NCBI RefSeq assembly: GCF_009914755.1
Contig: NC_060928.1
Origin: the human T2T-CHM13v2.0 reference genome, Homo sapiens
DNA: 64,000 nt
Reading direction: 5' to 3' (one strand)
Shown: piece after piece, positions 15,290 to 30,299 of the stretch
Position numbering within the stretch: the first letter of the stretch is position 1
How the letters are laid out: each line of letters starts with the position of its first letter
Program-made: the position numbers and the translations under genes
Notes under the pieces: model-generated
Database searches by the model: none
What the model was told of the DNA's origin: nothing
The model's input: the letters and a program-made list of their open reading frames with translations, nothing else

Positions 15290-16610
<1,321 letters not shown>

Positions 16611-16629
16611 CACTCCTCTGTCTCCATCT

Positions 16630-17121
16630 CCTTCCTATAGGTAAGGGCACTACAGTTTTCTTTCGGGAAGATGCTTCTCCCTCATACCATATCCTCTTGA
16701 ATAGAGTAACTCCATCATCAATATTTGAAGGAGATCTGGGATGGGGCCGTGGGGTCAATAGGCAAAGGAATAGGAATGGACATGCTACCCAGCTGTATCA
16801 ACCATGGGATTCTAATCAGAATTTGTTTGAAAAAGAAGTTTTTCCACTAGACAGAGACATGGGAAAAAGTAAGCCACAGGGTGCTGTGGTTACATGAGAA
16901 AAATATCATCCCGATGGTAGAGCTGATGCAGAGAAGAAAAGAAGGAAAGAAGGAGAAATGTGGATAGAGGACACATTCATAGGATATTATATAGGCCCTA
17001 GTGCCCAGCTGTACTCTACCCTTGTCATTTTAATTATAGGTGCCAGTAACTATTCTACTTTTTGTTTAATTCAATCTATTGGACTTCATGTCACCTAGGA
17101 TCTCAGTCTGCTGACTAATAC
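16630..17121 (+). mobile_element. Old MaLR/ERVL LTR (MLT1K/L-like)
   Basis: Ends ttttgtttaa...tgtcacc...ctgactaataca, a typical MLT1 terminus; 5' boundary uncertain. Confidence 0.45.
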
Positions 17122-17199
17122 ATTTACACACAAGTGTCATCAAAAGGCCTACAGTTCTTCTGCCAATCTTAGTGAACTGCCAGGGAGCTGCTCTATTCC

Positions 17200-17390
17200 T
17201 ATTTATTCAACAGTATATTGAGCTAGTGCTTATTTACTGAATATCTACTATGTGTCAGATATTATTCTAGGATTTGAAAATATAGTGATGAAAAATCAAA
17301 TAATGGCCCTGATCCCCTGAAATGCCATTTTGGGGAAGGGGGAGACAGAGAAAGACAGACAATATATGTTGACAAGTAAGTAAACCAAAG
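17200..17390 (-). mobile_element. L2 3' end
   Basis: atttattcaaca...tatttactgaatatctactatgtgtcag...ggccctg. Confidence 0.6.
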
Positions 17391-17559
17391 ACAAAGTGAA
17401 CTCCTTCTAGTACAGCCAGATATTTGTGAAGAAAACACCAAAGAAAACTACACCTAACAGATTGTATTTAGTGAACATGTAACCAGCAGTATCTCTGAAG
17501 TTCTGAGCCCATTACTGGAAAACTGAGGGTGTAGAGTGAACTTAGAAAATCTTAGCTTT

Positions 17560-17861
17560 GGCTGAGCGTGGTGGCTCACTCCTGTAATACCAGCAAAATT
17601 GGTGGTCAAGGCGGATGGATCACCTGAGGTCAGGGGTTCGAGAACAGCCTAGGCAACATGGAGAAAACTGTCTCTACTAAAAATACAAAAATTAGCCAGG
17701 TGTGGTGGCACACACCTGTAGTCCCAGCTACACAGAAGTCTGAGGCAGAAGAATGACTTGAACCTGGGAGGCAGCAGTTGCAGTGAGCCCAAGATCGTGC
17801 CATTGCACTCCAGCCTGCGTGACAGAGCGAGGCTCTGTCTCAAAAAGAAAAGAAAAGAAAG
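17560..17861 (+). mobile_element. AluSx-like, full length
   Basis: ggctgagcgtggtggctcac...; TSD gaaaatcttagcttt / gaaaaccttagtttt. Confidence 0.93.
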
Positions 17862-18041
17862 GAAAACCTTAGTTTTACACAGTAGCTGAACAAGCATGTA
17901 ATGCTGGAGACAAAAGACACCACTGGAGCAGAAAAACTAATACAGTGAATGAAGCATAAAGAGCAACGGGAACAACTAAGGAAGTGGTTAGTAACTCGGG
18001 TTCTCAGCAAGAACAGAAACTTGTTAATAAGAATGGCAGAC

Positions 18042-18342
<301 letters not shown>

Positions 18343-18709
18343 CTAAAGTCATTGCCAAGGTTGCCAAGGTGCCTGAATATACCTCAAAACATGAGAAGAT
18401 TAAAACACATCAGAATAGTAGAAGTGTGGTACTTGTTTGGTCATACTTGGTTAGAAAACACTTACCAACTCTTATTACAGGATTATTACGCTTATTACCA
18501 AGATTATTACAATAGTTAAACATGTTTAATAATGTATTTGTAAATATCAGTACTGTTTAACTTTTTTCTTATTATTTTTTATTTACACTATCCACCTGGA
18601 GATGCTATTTAACTCTAGTAAACTCGGTCATTTATTTGTAATCTGTGGCTGTTTTTCTAAACCACTTTTATTGTCAAATTTTAAGATATTTTAATAGACT
18701 TTTCAACTT

Positions 18710-19230
18710 TTGTTTATTCACTCATACATCACATATTTACTGAGCTGCCACCGCAATTCCAGATGCTGAGCTATAACAACAATGTCCTTGCCCTGTCTGA
18801 ATTTACATTTTAATGGGAAATCTAGACCAAAAAAAAAAAAACAGAACACCTAAATTACTAGTAACATTTTTGATAAGAATTTTGAAAGAACATATAGAAA
18901 AATATTTTAAGTAGCGTAGCCTGTGAAGAGGAGACATTTGAGTCCTGAGTGAAGTGAGAAGATGGACCATCTACAGACAGCACACAGGGCCTCAGGTAGG
19001 AGTGAGGTTGTTTTAGTACTGATGTATAGGAAGATGAGCTGATTCCTATCATGCAGATACAGTGAGCAGAGAGGGGGAGTGATAAGAGTGATGCAAGATA
19101 CAGATTTGGCCAGATCATATGAAACCTTCTAAGCTGTGATTAACAAAATGAATTTCGTTTTGGGTATTAAAATTTACTTTTGGTGTTTTGAGAAGGAGAG
19201 TTAGATAATCGCGTATGTCTTTTATAAATG
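18710..19230 (-). mobile_element. L2 fragment
   Basis: ttattcactcat...atatttactgag...gtccttgccct...gaggagacatttgag...ggccagatcat. Confidence 0.6.
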
Positions 19231-19292
19231 GTATTCAAATCCTTGTCAAATGTTTGTGTGGTTAGAAAAAAACAAGGGTAAGACTGGGTTTA

Positions 19293-19688
<396 letters not shown>

Positions 19689-20208
19689 CTAGATATCCTT
19701 TGTTACATGTATTCTGATATTTCATTGTTCTTGGTTCCTTAAAATACTTACCAACTTTATATTATAAATTATCTATAATGATACTTTGCCTAGTTTTGAA
19801 TTACTTTAATGAAGACTGTACCTACCCAAAAGGCAGTTTGTAAAATCAGGTTAATATGTAAATTTATATTATACCTAATCTATCAACTAAGCATTTATTT
19901 ATATTAACTCACTGAGTTGAAAATAGAGAATCCCACTGACATGATTTTAAGTAGTAATAAGCCTTATCCAAAGTATCTTTCTTTTTCTGCTATAGTAGTA
20001 AGGAGAGGTGTTTAGTTTTGTAAAATACATAATGTTTTAAATTATCAGGAAAGGGCATATGCACACATTTAATAATAAAAGAAATAGGGCTAACCTTGAA
20101 TAAATCAGTGATTCTACTTTTTACAAATTCTTCATTGAATGTGTGTCTTTTTAAAGTGAGAATGAATGGATTAAAACATAATATTTTTCTTTTTAAAAAT
20201 AATTTCCA

Positions 20209-20572
<364 letters not shown>

Positions 20573-22608
20573 TTATGTTGTTAACTTACCCACCAATATT
20601 AAGATTTTCATAACTGCTTTTAGATGTTTGAATGGTAAGGTCTAATTAATCAGCACAGTAAGGCTACTCATACTAGAAACGGAGTTGAATGTAGACTATA
20701 TTAAACATCTTTTCAAGACTTTTGAAATGTTATCCCTTTAATAGGTGCTATCCTTACAGGATGTCAAAATCTAAGCTTTAACATTTTTTTTCATGTCATC
20801 CATTCATTTTTTTCAGCTAGGGTTATTAAGTCCTTTATAAATCAGTCTCCTTATGTTATGTGCCAACTCTTTTAGCACATTTTAAAAGACACTATCGATG
20901 TGACTGTCCCTGAGTGTTCTATTCAAATATAATTTTCATTTCCTTCTGGCACCAAGAAATACTTTAAAAATCTTCTTTCTTTAGTCCCTATCAAAAACTA
21001 TTACTCTTCTCTCCCATGAAAATAAAAAGAAAATAAAAAACACTTTTTTCATTTATTTCTTCAATTATTATTGCATAAAACCACTTCTTGATTTTCTTCT
21101 CTACCTTTGCTCCAATTTAAATATAGTTTAATAAAATATCATTATTATAATTATATTGGAATTTTGATAAAAAGTTTTTTAAAACTATTATAGTCTCACA
21201 ACATAAATTTTTTATGTTTAAAACCCTAGGCTTTGTTAAAGAATTCTTAACAAAAGCCAGACAAGTCAACTATGGGAGCTCCATCAGATTTTCCCCCAAA
21301 TCAGACATTCATAGGTTTTTTAATTGAGGCCCATGGAGCATTTTTTGGTATTTAGCTATAGACAGTAAGCCACTTGGAGGGATATTATATGAATTTTTCA
21401 AAGTACATTTAGTGTTTTTTTTTTTCTCTAAAAGCATAAGATGCCTAGATCAATTATAACTGAAAGGCAAAGACTGAATGTCCTTGGCCATCCTTACTCT
21501 GTTCCTCTGAGGCCCCTGCTAATTTTTCAAGTCTTCAGTCCTTGTTTCAATTGTATAACTGTAGCAGAAAATGAAACCTAAACTTATAAAAGTGACATAA
21601 ACTACACTACTAGAAAAACTCAAGCCTATCTAGTGAGAAAAAAAATTAGTAAAAAGAAAAATTTCCTTGAATATCCTAAAATGCATTATAATAGCCATAC
21701 ATGGAGGAAAATATTTTATTTATTTTTTTCTATGGACTCAAATTCTAAAACTTTAAAGAATAGTTTTTCTCAGTTTTTCTTAGAATTCTCAGATTTAATA
21801 ACAGAGACTCACAAGCAAAAAAAAAGAGAAAAAAATCACTTGGATTCTAGCACTTACTTTTAAGCTCACAGGACTTGGCCCTTAAGTATAAGGCTTAGCA
21901 TGAAATTGCAGGTGCAAAACATGAATGTGATGATTTTATATCTTGAAACAGCTAAGGACTCAAGAGGATCATTACTTAAAATGGCTCCTAATTTCACTTA
22001 TTCTACTATTTTAGGAGTTTGTAATTAGAAATGGAATGTTCTATTATCTCAAAATGCAACCCAATATTGATTAGTGCTAAGAACTAATATATAAATTATC
22101 CAATAAATTTATTTTTCTCAGAATAAGAATACATACTATTGAAATTTATTCCAAATTTTTATGAAAACCACACTGGAAGTGTACAATTTCCATGAAAATT
22201 CTTTATGTATTTTTTAAGACATATTCAGCAGGAAGTCAGATTATAAAAGATATTCATATTTTTAGAAAACAAAAACAGAAAAAAATCACAATAATCCCCC
22301 AAAATATGTAAACATCTTTACTTAGTAAAGAAAAAAATATTAAAATTAATAATGATTTGAGAATTAACACCAATATAAATGTGCCTTCTTATTTAATTTG
22401 TTATTTAATAATAAAATCATTGATTCCTCAGCCAATCAAGTATGAAGACATATCAGTGTAACATGAATGCCAGGCTTTTAAAAAAGTAATTGGTCTTTTG
22501 TTATAATATTTGAGAAAATAAAAATAATATTACTATTAAGTTTCATGTAAATCTATGTATATGTATATGTATATTTTTAAATGTATATTTATGAATTACC
22601 TAAATCAT

Positions 22609-22758
22609 GCCTAATATCATGAATTTATTATTATCCACCTATCATATAAAAGGGCAGTTGGAGACATTATGCTTTAACAAGCCTAATATCATGAATTTAT
22701 CACTGTACAACTATCATATAAATGGGCAGTTGGAAGATATTATGCTGTAACAAACCTA
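22609..22758 (+). repeat. Diverged tandem duplication, period 72 bp, 2 copies
   Basis: gcctaatatcatgaatttat starts at 22609 and 22681; both copies carry ctatcatataaa.gggcagttgga. Confidence 0.9.
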
Positions 22759-23656
22759 AAATATAAAAACACACTTTATACAAAATTAAATTAGGAAAAA
22801 TTCTCATTTTGTTAAATAATTTTATTTTATAGATGTTCTTTCACATTATAGCTTCTTTAAAATTAAAAAAAGATTTAATTTATATACAATTTCATAGACA
22901 ATGTTGGACAGTATTGTCTTTGCTTAACCATAGACTATATCTGCAAGGCACTTCATATGTTATAGTTGGTGCTTAGTTAGAAGGAACTGAACTTCTGTGC
23001 TTACCTAGAGATGTCATTACCACATTGTAGATGTTCTGTTTTCAAGGAAGAGTTCCTTGAATGGCCCCATTAAAAAATATCACTATAAAGCTGATGACGA
23101 GCCACTTTTTATTTTGGAAAACGATTATGACCAGATTTTGTGAGTATGTGCTTATTTATTTATTTATTTGCTTAGAAAAAAATTCAAGAAACAAACAAAA
23201 TACTGGTTTTTTTCTGTTGATGTGAAGACTCTGGGGACTCACAAGTAGGTAAGAATGAAGAGCACAACCTTTGCCACTGATGTTCAAAGCTAAGGAAACT
23301 GCGAATTAGACCAGTAGGGACCTCACTGAGACTGCTTGACAGAAGACACTGAACCTTCCAAGTGCAACTAAGCAGAAGAGAGGACAAATTTGTGAGAACG
23401 ATTTCTTTTGACCAGTATGGGGCTTCTGATTCAGTATGTGGCTGAGCCTGGAAGCTTCTCTGGGCCCCACCTTGAAACAGCAATGTTTTAATCTATGATT
23501 TTGACATACAAATTCTGAAGTTAATGTCCAATATGTTTCAATCTGTGGTAGTTCTCAGAATCAAAACTTCTAAACTGCCAAGTGACTATAAAAGACATAA
23601 ATTTTAGCACAGAAGTGTGGAAAAGAGACTTGAGTGCCCTGAAGAAAAGACACATT

Positions 23657-23939
23657 TAAGTCTCCCAGGAAAATTATAAGAAACCAGTTGGAATCAAATC
23701 TTCACTGATATCAGGAATAATAACCATACTTTCTTTAGTACTAGTTATCAGTGGTTAAAGTAAAGAAATTCACCAGTCTCCAGAGGTAGCACAACTAAGT
23801 CTCCCAGGAAGATTATAAGAAACCAGTTGGAATCAAATCTTCACTGATATCAGGAATAATAACCATACTTTCTTTCTTTAGTACTAGTTATCGGCGGTTA
23901 AAGTAAAGAAATTCACCAGTCTCCAGAGGGAGGAACAAC
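23657..23939 (+). repeat. Near-perfect tandem duplication, period 139 bp, 2 copies
   Basis: taagtctcccagga...ccagagg starts at 23657 and 23796. Confidence 0.97.
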
Positions 23940-26900
23940 GGCACCATTGGAATGACCAGAACAACAAGATTCAGGGCAAGTAGTTTGGTGAAAAGATATG
24001 GTTTTGAAATAGCTAGAGGCTCGCTAAAATTGTTCCAGTTGCTCTAATTTGATTGGAAATGAGGTTGGAAAATGGCTGCTTTTTATGCGCTTAACAGTTG
24101 AGTCTTGAATTTTTCTTAAAAAAAAGGAGTCAGTAGATTTGGCTATAAATGGCATCCCTGCCCAGCCTCTTCAAAAAACCACTCTGTAAGGATGTACTTC
24201 TGTCAGGGTTACTGCTTTTAAGTCTCAAAGACGGATGAAATGGTTCCTCTTTGGTGAGGGGGAAACTGAAGTGAGGGAGGGATTTGCCTATGAATAACAA
24301 AGGCAAGTATGTGGAAGAAAATTTTATAAATATTTATGATGACCTGCAGTCAAATACAGCAAATATTGCTTATACGATAATGTCCAGATGTCTAGATAAG
24401 ATTTGTATTTCTTTCTTCATTTATTTATTTTTTGTTCCTGTTGCTGAAATAATTAGAATTACATGGAAAGGGCATGACATACTCTTTATTTTATAAATTT
24501 ATAGATATATTTAAATGGAATTTGCTTCCATGCCTGCTGCTTCCAGTAGATGTAGACACAGCAGTAACAAATTTATACGGAGGTTGGTATGCATACTTAC
24601 TATGGAATTAATGAACAAAGCTGTTGCTGTGTGATATACTAGTTATTTTTGAGCTACAGAGATTGTGCCAATGTGTCGTGTAAATGTTTCCACTTGTTAA
24701 AATCTTTAAAGGCCAAAACATGTGCTATGTTACTCAGGCATATTTTTCCCTAGGATTTTAAAGTAATTTTGACATAAATTTAATTAAATCCCCAAATCCC
24801 ACTCTAATGTTTTACAGACTGTCATCACAGCTAAATGCCATAGTTATTATTCGGAATATGGAAAAGACACTCTCTACAAACTTACATGCTCTTTTATGTT
24901 TCACTAAAAGTGCAATTGATATGGGTCTATCTGCCTTTTTCAAGTAAAAGTTAAACAAGAATCAGTTCTATGGCCTTATACAGGGAATTAACACACACGA
25001 TTTTATTTTGAAAATATGTAAATGTGAAGATATGCAAAAGACATTATGGGTTTTCATGGGGCATAAAAACTCCACCTCAAGGCTACAGCTGTATGGTTAA
25101 TATTCTGCCTTTGGGAGTAGATACATGCACAATGACCAGACAGATATAATGCAAATGAGAAGTTCCAAAAGTTTTTCTCCTTATAATATTCACTGTAGTC
25201 AAAATCTGCTATTCACCAGACATGGTTTTCTAAATTATTAAATGTGTGCATAAACTTCTGCATACATGGGTGCTGATACTATCACTTACTATCTGAAAGT
25301 CAGGGTGAATGAAAAGCATCTCTCTAGGTTTTCAGAGTAAACTTAGTAAGGTTGACGATGAGGACTTTTTATGGAGCACTGCCTACTTATTAAAACAATA
25401 TGCAGTATCTTTCAAAGCTGCAGGAGGTTAGCGTGCATGACAAAAGGTGTAATTAATTATCCACACATTCCTTTTGAGTTCTAACATCTATGCTGTTGTT
25501 TTCTTAACTACCACATTTGCTGCTATATATGGTTCTCATGGATACCTGCTCCATCTTTTAATTTGCACCTCATACTCAGTAATAATAAGCTGGCAAGAGA
25601 AAAAATTGGATGTCCATGAATAATGATTAGATATAATATGGTACATATATACTGTGGGAAACATGTTTCATTTACAAAAGGCAAATAGGTTTGTTTTGAC
25701 ATAGAATGATTTCAATGTCCCTGAATATCAGGGACCAATGCTAATCTAACCTAAAAGAATGAGAGTCCCTGCAATGGAAAAAAAACATATATCATTGGCC
25801 ATGAATTGATTTATCTTACCACTTACCTCTACCAATTTGGGAAAACTAAGACTGTGTTCTATTTCCATCTTTACAGAGAACCTTAAGAATAGATCTGTCA
25901 CCTGATTAGGTTCCAATACATGATTATCATGTATTAACTAAAAAAAAATCATATTTGTTCATACATATCTGTCCATGACACACATACGAACATACTTTAT
26001 CTTTCTAGATACATTACATGAATTACTACCTAAAATCTTTTTGACAAGCATGTAGCACTTTGAGCATTTATAAAATTAATCAATTTATAAAGTTAATATA
26101 TAAATTGTTTCTTTCAATTAATTATACTGATGCTCAATTAAATTAATTCATTGTTCATCTATGTTTCTCAATTTTTAAAATAGCACTTTCTTTTATTTTC
26201 AGGAAAAAATTCATTAAAAATATAAACACCAATGACCCTACAAATATCACATTGGCTAAGTCAATCTATATTCCATGATTGGAAGCCTGATGGATTAAAG
26301 CATACACAAAATTAAAATATGCATAACTTAGAAATTAAGTCAAAAATGTTTTAGCTGCCCAAAACTTTATACACTTTGTTTAACTCAAAGCAGTTTCATT
26401 TGCCAAAGTTTAACCACAGCACAATGGCTAGTCTCAATAATGTTTACTTATGGCTTGCCCACAGAATTAGTAATAAAGTGATATAGTATTAGATATGTTT
26501 CAAGGTAACTGTCCATCCATACCATGTTTTGAAGAGTTGTCAATCTCCTTTTTTTGGCATAAATAAAAAAATTTTGTATAAATTGTCCTATGCCTACTTC
26601 AGTGACCGCTCATTGACCGGAAATGGAAAACTCATTGAAATTCAACAATAGGCCTATATGCTTCCCAAATACCCAGGAAAGGTGTGTCCTGGCTTGCCAG
26701 CCTAAGCACAGTCCATTACTAATGGTTTAACTAAGAGGCACAGATGTAAAGTGAATGCCAGCATTAAGAAGTTATCTCAAAAATATGTCATAAAATTTCC
26801 AGGATGTAGAGTTGGCTGGGGAGTCCATTTTGGTCCATACATAAGCTGAGGCTGAAGATCCCCACCAGGAGCTCTGTGGATCCTAGAGTCTCTACAATAA

Positions 26901-27189
26901 AGCGGACATAACATAATAATACTGCATCTATGAGAGATGAAAAATAGGGCTTTGGATCCTTTCTTAATTAGATTTTCTTCCTGGAAAAATAAAACTCCTG
27001 GTTAAAACTAATTCTTCAATTACTCAGTGCATTAATCTAAGCAGCTAACTCTATTTGGAGACAAGGACACCACCGTGGAAGTCTATTGTCACTTTAAATT
27101 TGTGAACAGCAGTATCATACTCCCTCAGCACTGCTAGAATTCCTACACTACACCAGCAGTCTTTTCTTCTTCTCTGTTATCTCATGTTT

Positions 27190-28420
27190 TTTTCTCTCCT
27201 AAAATTTCCCAAACCTTCTCTGTTACTTGCAACTGATGCTTCATTTCTTATTTCATAGAGAAAAATATAAGCAGTCTGATGAGAATAACACATATTTATG
27301 CCATGAAATATACTCAGCTACCTGCATCCAGTCTTGTTTTTCCTTTCTTTCTGTTTAATGAAGGAAGAAGCCATGCTCTCATCTAAAGCTAAATCTGCCA
27401 CTTGTGTATTGGGTCTCATCCTCTCTACCACATCCAGAGGCTCTACTCCTGCACTTGCCCTGTTCCTCTTGCCGGATAATTTTTCCTTCTATGTTTCCTT
27501 ATTCCCATCCACCTCTCCCTCCTGGCAATTACACACATATATTGAATACTGAATACTGAATATTGAATATATGTGTGTAGTTATCAAGAGGAAGAAGTGA
27601 ATGGGAATAATTTTTTTAGAATAAAAAATCTCTAATGAGCTTGGTATCTCATTTCCTTAGTTCTTATTTTCTGTTTTACCAAAAGCTACCCATAGCCTTA
27701 AACTTTCCAAATCAATGTTCATTTCTCAAATCCTCATCATACTTGATTTCAGCAGCGATTAATTCAGCCCAATCTTCTGTCCTCCTTACGACTTTTTTCC
27801 TTGGCTTGGTTCTCCTTCTGTAACACTGGTGGCTATGCATTTGTCTCCTGTGCTTGCTTCTGCTCTTCTTCATGACCTCCGAAGGTTGAAGTACACCAGA
27901 GTTCTCTATCCTCAACTCTTCATTCTTCTCAATCAGCACTCATTCTTCACTTCATCTTAACTATACAGTCCCTTGGCATTTTCTCTTTATTGTCATACTT
28001 ATAGCTCATAAATATATGCCTTCCTGATCCAAACTGTATTGATTTCTACATGAATATCCAACTGCACAAATGACACTTTCTTTTGCTTGTCTAAAAAGCC
28101 AATCTTAAATCACTATATACCTGTATATATACTCTCCTTGCATACATTAACAAGGAGATTCCAGTGTTTTGCATTTCAGTGAATAGCTCCCCAATCTTCT
28201 GTTTGCTTAGCTAGTTTCTTTAATTACATGAACTCCATACTCAATCTGTGGCAAATTAGGTCAGATAGTCTGACAACATTTTATCAGTGGCACTTCTGTC
28301 ATCTTAATTGAAATTACCATCATCTCTATATCTCTTTTGGACAATCACAAAAAGGCCCAAATTGACCTTCCCTCTCCCAGCTTGCTTCTTCATACTAATG
28401 AATTCTAATGTAATCTAAAC
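27190..28420 (+). mobile_element. L2 (ORF/3' region), decayed and interrupted
   Basis: Pyrimidine-rich L2 motifs: ttatttcatagagaaaa, tctaaagctaaatctgccacttgtg, tcctcatcatacttgatttcagcagc, aatatccaactgc. Confidence 0.65.
27499..27610. repeat. Long inverted repeat (50-bp arms, 12-nt loop)
   Basis: 27499-27548 pairs with 27610-27561 without gaps; 42 of 50 Watson-Crick by manual count. Confidence 0.95.
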
Positions 28421-29944
28421 ATAGAAATAATTTATGTCCAGACTTGGCAGATTTTTTCCACTTAACTGGACTACAAGTAAAAACATTTTATTTATTTTTC
28501 TATAAATCTGCCACAATTCTTAATGTATTATTCTGAACTCAAATATAAATTATGAATTGACTGCTACATTTTGATTTTTTTCCTGATCTGTCACCTGATA
28601 GCAACTAAGTTGTTATCCTCATCCTTTAAATGTTACTTACAGATGTATTTCCACACTTTTGCCTGTGAACTTCAAATCACAGTAATTGGAAAAGAATCTT
28701 TGGAAATAAGTATCAGCTGTTTGAATCGACCATGATACCACTTTGTATATTACATCTCTATGTAAAATTATTATGGATTTTCGAAAGTCATTATTGATTT
28801 ATGTTAGAAATAAGCAAAGTGAAAATTTCCATTCAGTATCTCCACCCTTACCACAAAGTTTTATGCTAGAACAATCTGTAATTCTCTTTTCTCTATAAAT
28901 TATTATTCTATATATATATAATTCTGAGGAAATTTGGAGCCAAACGTCTTATTCAGGGTACATATTCAAATTATAACCTGATTATGGTTCAATATTGTTT
29001 CTACATATTGAAGACTTTATTTCATCTTGGTCTAGAGAGTAAATCTATTTAAGAACTTTGGCAATTATTTGTGTGCTCTTTAGGTATGGCAAAGAGCAAA
29101 AAGCATTGAAAAAAACGTGATTACAATGCATGTTCAGATTTCAGGGGGTCTTTTGGAAAGATATTGTACAAACTACTAGAAATTCACACATTGACTAAAG
29201 GCACTTAAAGAAACAAGTTCTTAAATTGACTATCACATAAAGAAAGACATGACAGGTAGAGCTTCTGCTGACCACATAGCAGTCAATAGATGAATGCTTT
29301 ATCGAAACGAGAGGGCCAATAAATAATTTCTAGCTAGATGTTATGATGTCTTAAACTAAAACAATTAGCATATTACTGCATTAAATTAATTTTTTAAAAA
29401 TTGTTTTGAATACTTTTTTAAACTTTGCTTAACCTATGTGAAAAGAGCAATATTGCTAATTATTCATGCTTTTTTCGTCATTCTGGAAAGTGCAGAATTT
29501 CCTTTATTTAATGTAATTCCATCCAAACACTTTTTTCACATAACTATCTGGATGATAAGGTACAAAGCTTTTCACTTTTCTCATTTGGTTTTAAAATTTT
29601 TATCAACAATAAGTTTTCCTATGCTCTGTGAAATATCTGTGGATGCTCTTCAGAAAGAATTTCAGAAGTGAAATATAAATCAGACTAATAGAGAACAATT
29701 TTCAACGGCATTTTCTAGAACATTTTATCCTCAATTACATATTCTGAATGTAATCAATGAAAAGGTTTTTTTACCACGGTGTTTTTGAATAGAAATATAG
29801 AAGAAAAATCAATTATATTGAAAAATAGTTGTAAAAAGCATTCTTTGCTTTTCAATATTTTGTAAGTTATAGAAATATTGCATTCAGCATTTGACAAGAG
29901 GATACTGAGAAAATGAATATGGTAAGTGAAATATCTATGGGAGG

Positions 29945-30299
29945 TGACATGGTTTGGCTGTGTCCCCACCCAAAACTCAACTTGAATTGCATCTCCCAGA
30001 ATTCCCATGTGTTGTTGGAGGGACCCAGCAGGAGGTAATTGAATCATGGGGGCCAGTCTTTCCTGTGCTATTCTCATGATAGTGAGTAAGTCTCACAAGA
30101 TCTGATGGGTTTATCAGGGGGTTATGCTTTTGCTTCCTCCTCATTTTTCTCTTGCCGCTGCCATGTAAGAAGTGCCTTTCACCTTCCACCGTGATTCTGA
30201 GGCCTTCCCATCCATGTGGAACTGCAAGTCCAACTAAACCTCTTTTTCTTCCCAGTCTCGGGTATGTCTTCATCAACAGCGTGAAAATGAACTAATACA
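29945..30299 (+). mobile_element. THE1A 5' LTR (MaLR)
   Basis: tgacatggtttggctgtgtccccaccc...cttttgcttcctcctcattttt...gtgaaaatgaactaataca. Confidence 0.92.

Noticed and set aside
18471-18511. 20-bp micro-duplication (similar ones near 18352, 39422 and 45592)
   Set aside because: Ordinary slippage duplications with no sign of function.
23001-23015. Minus-strand CTAG|GTAAGC as a recursive splice site
   Set aside because: No real polypyrimidine tract upstream; expected by chance in 64 kb.
22609-23939. Direct repeats as a CRISPR-like array
   Set aside because: Two adjacent copies each with no spacers, in primate DNA with no cas genes.
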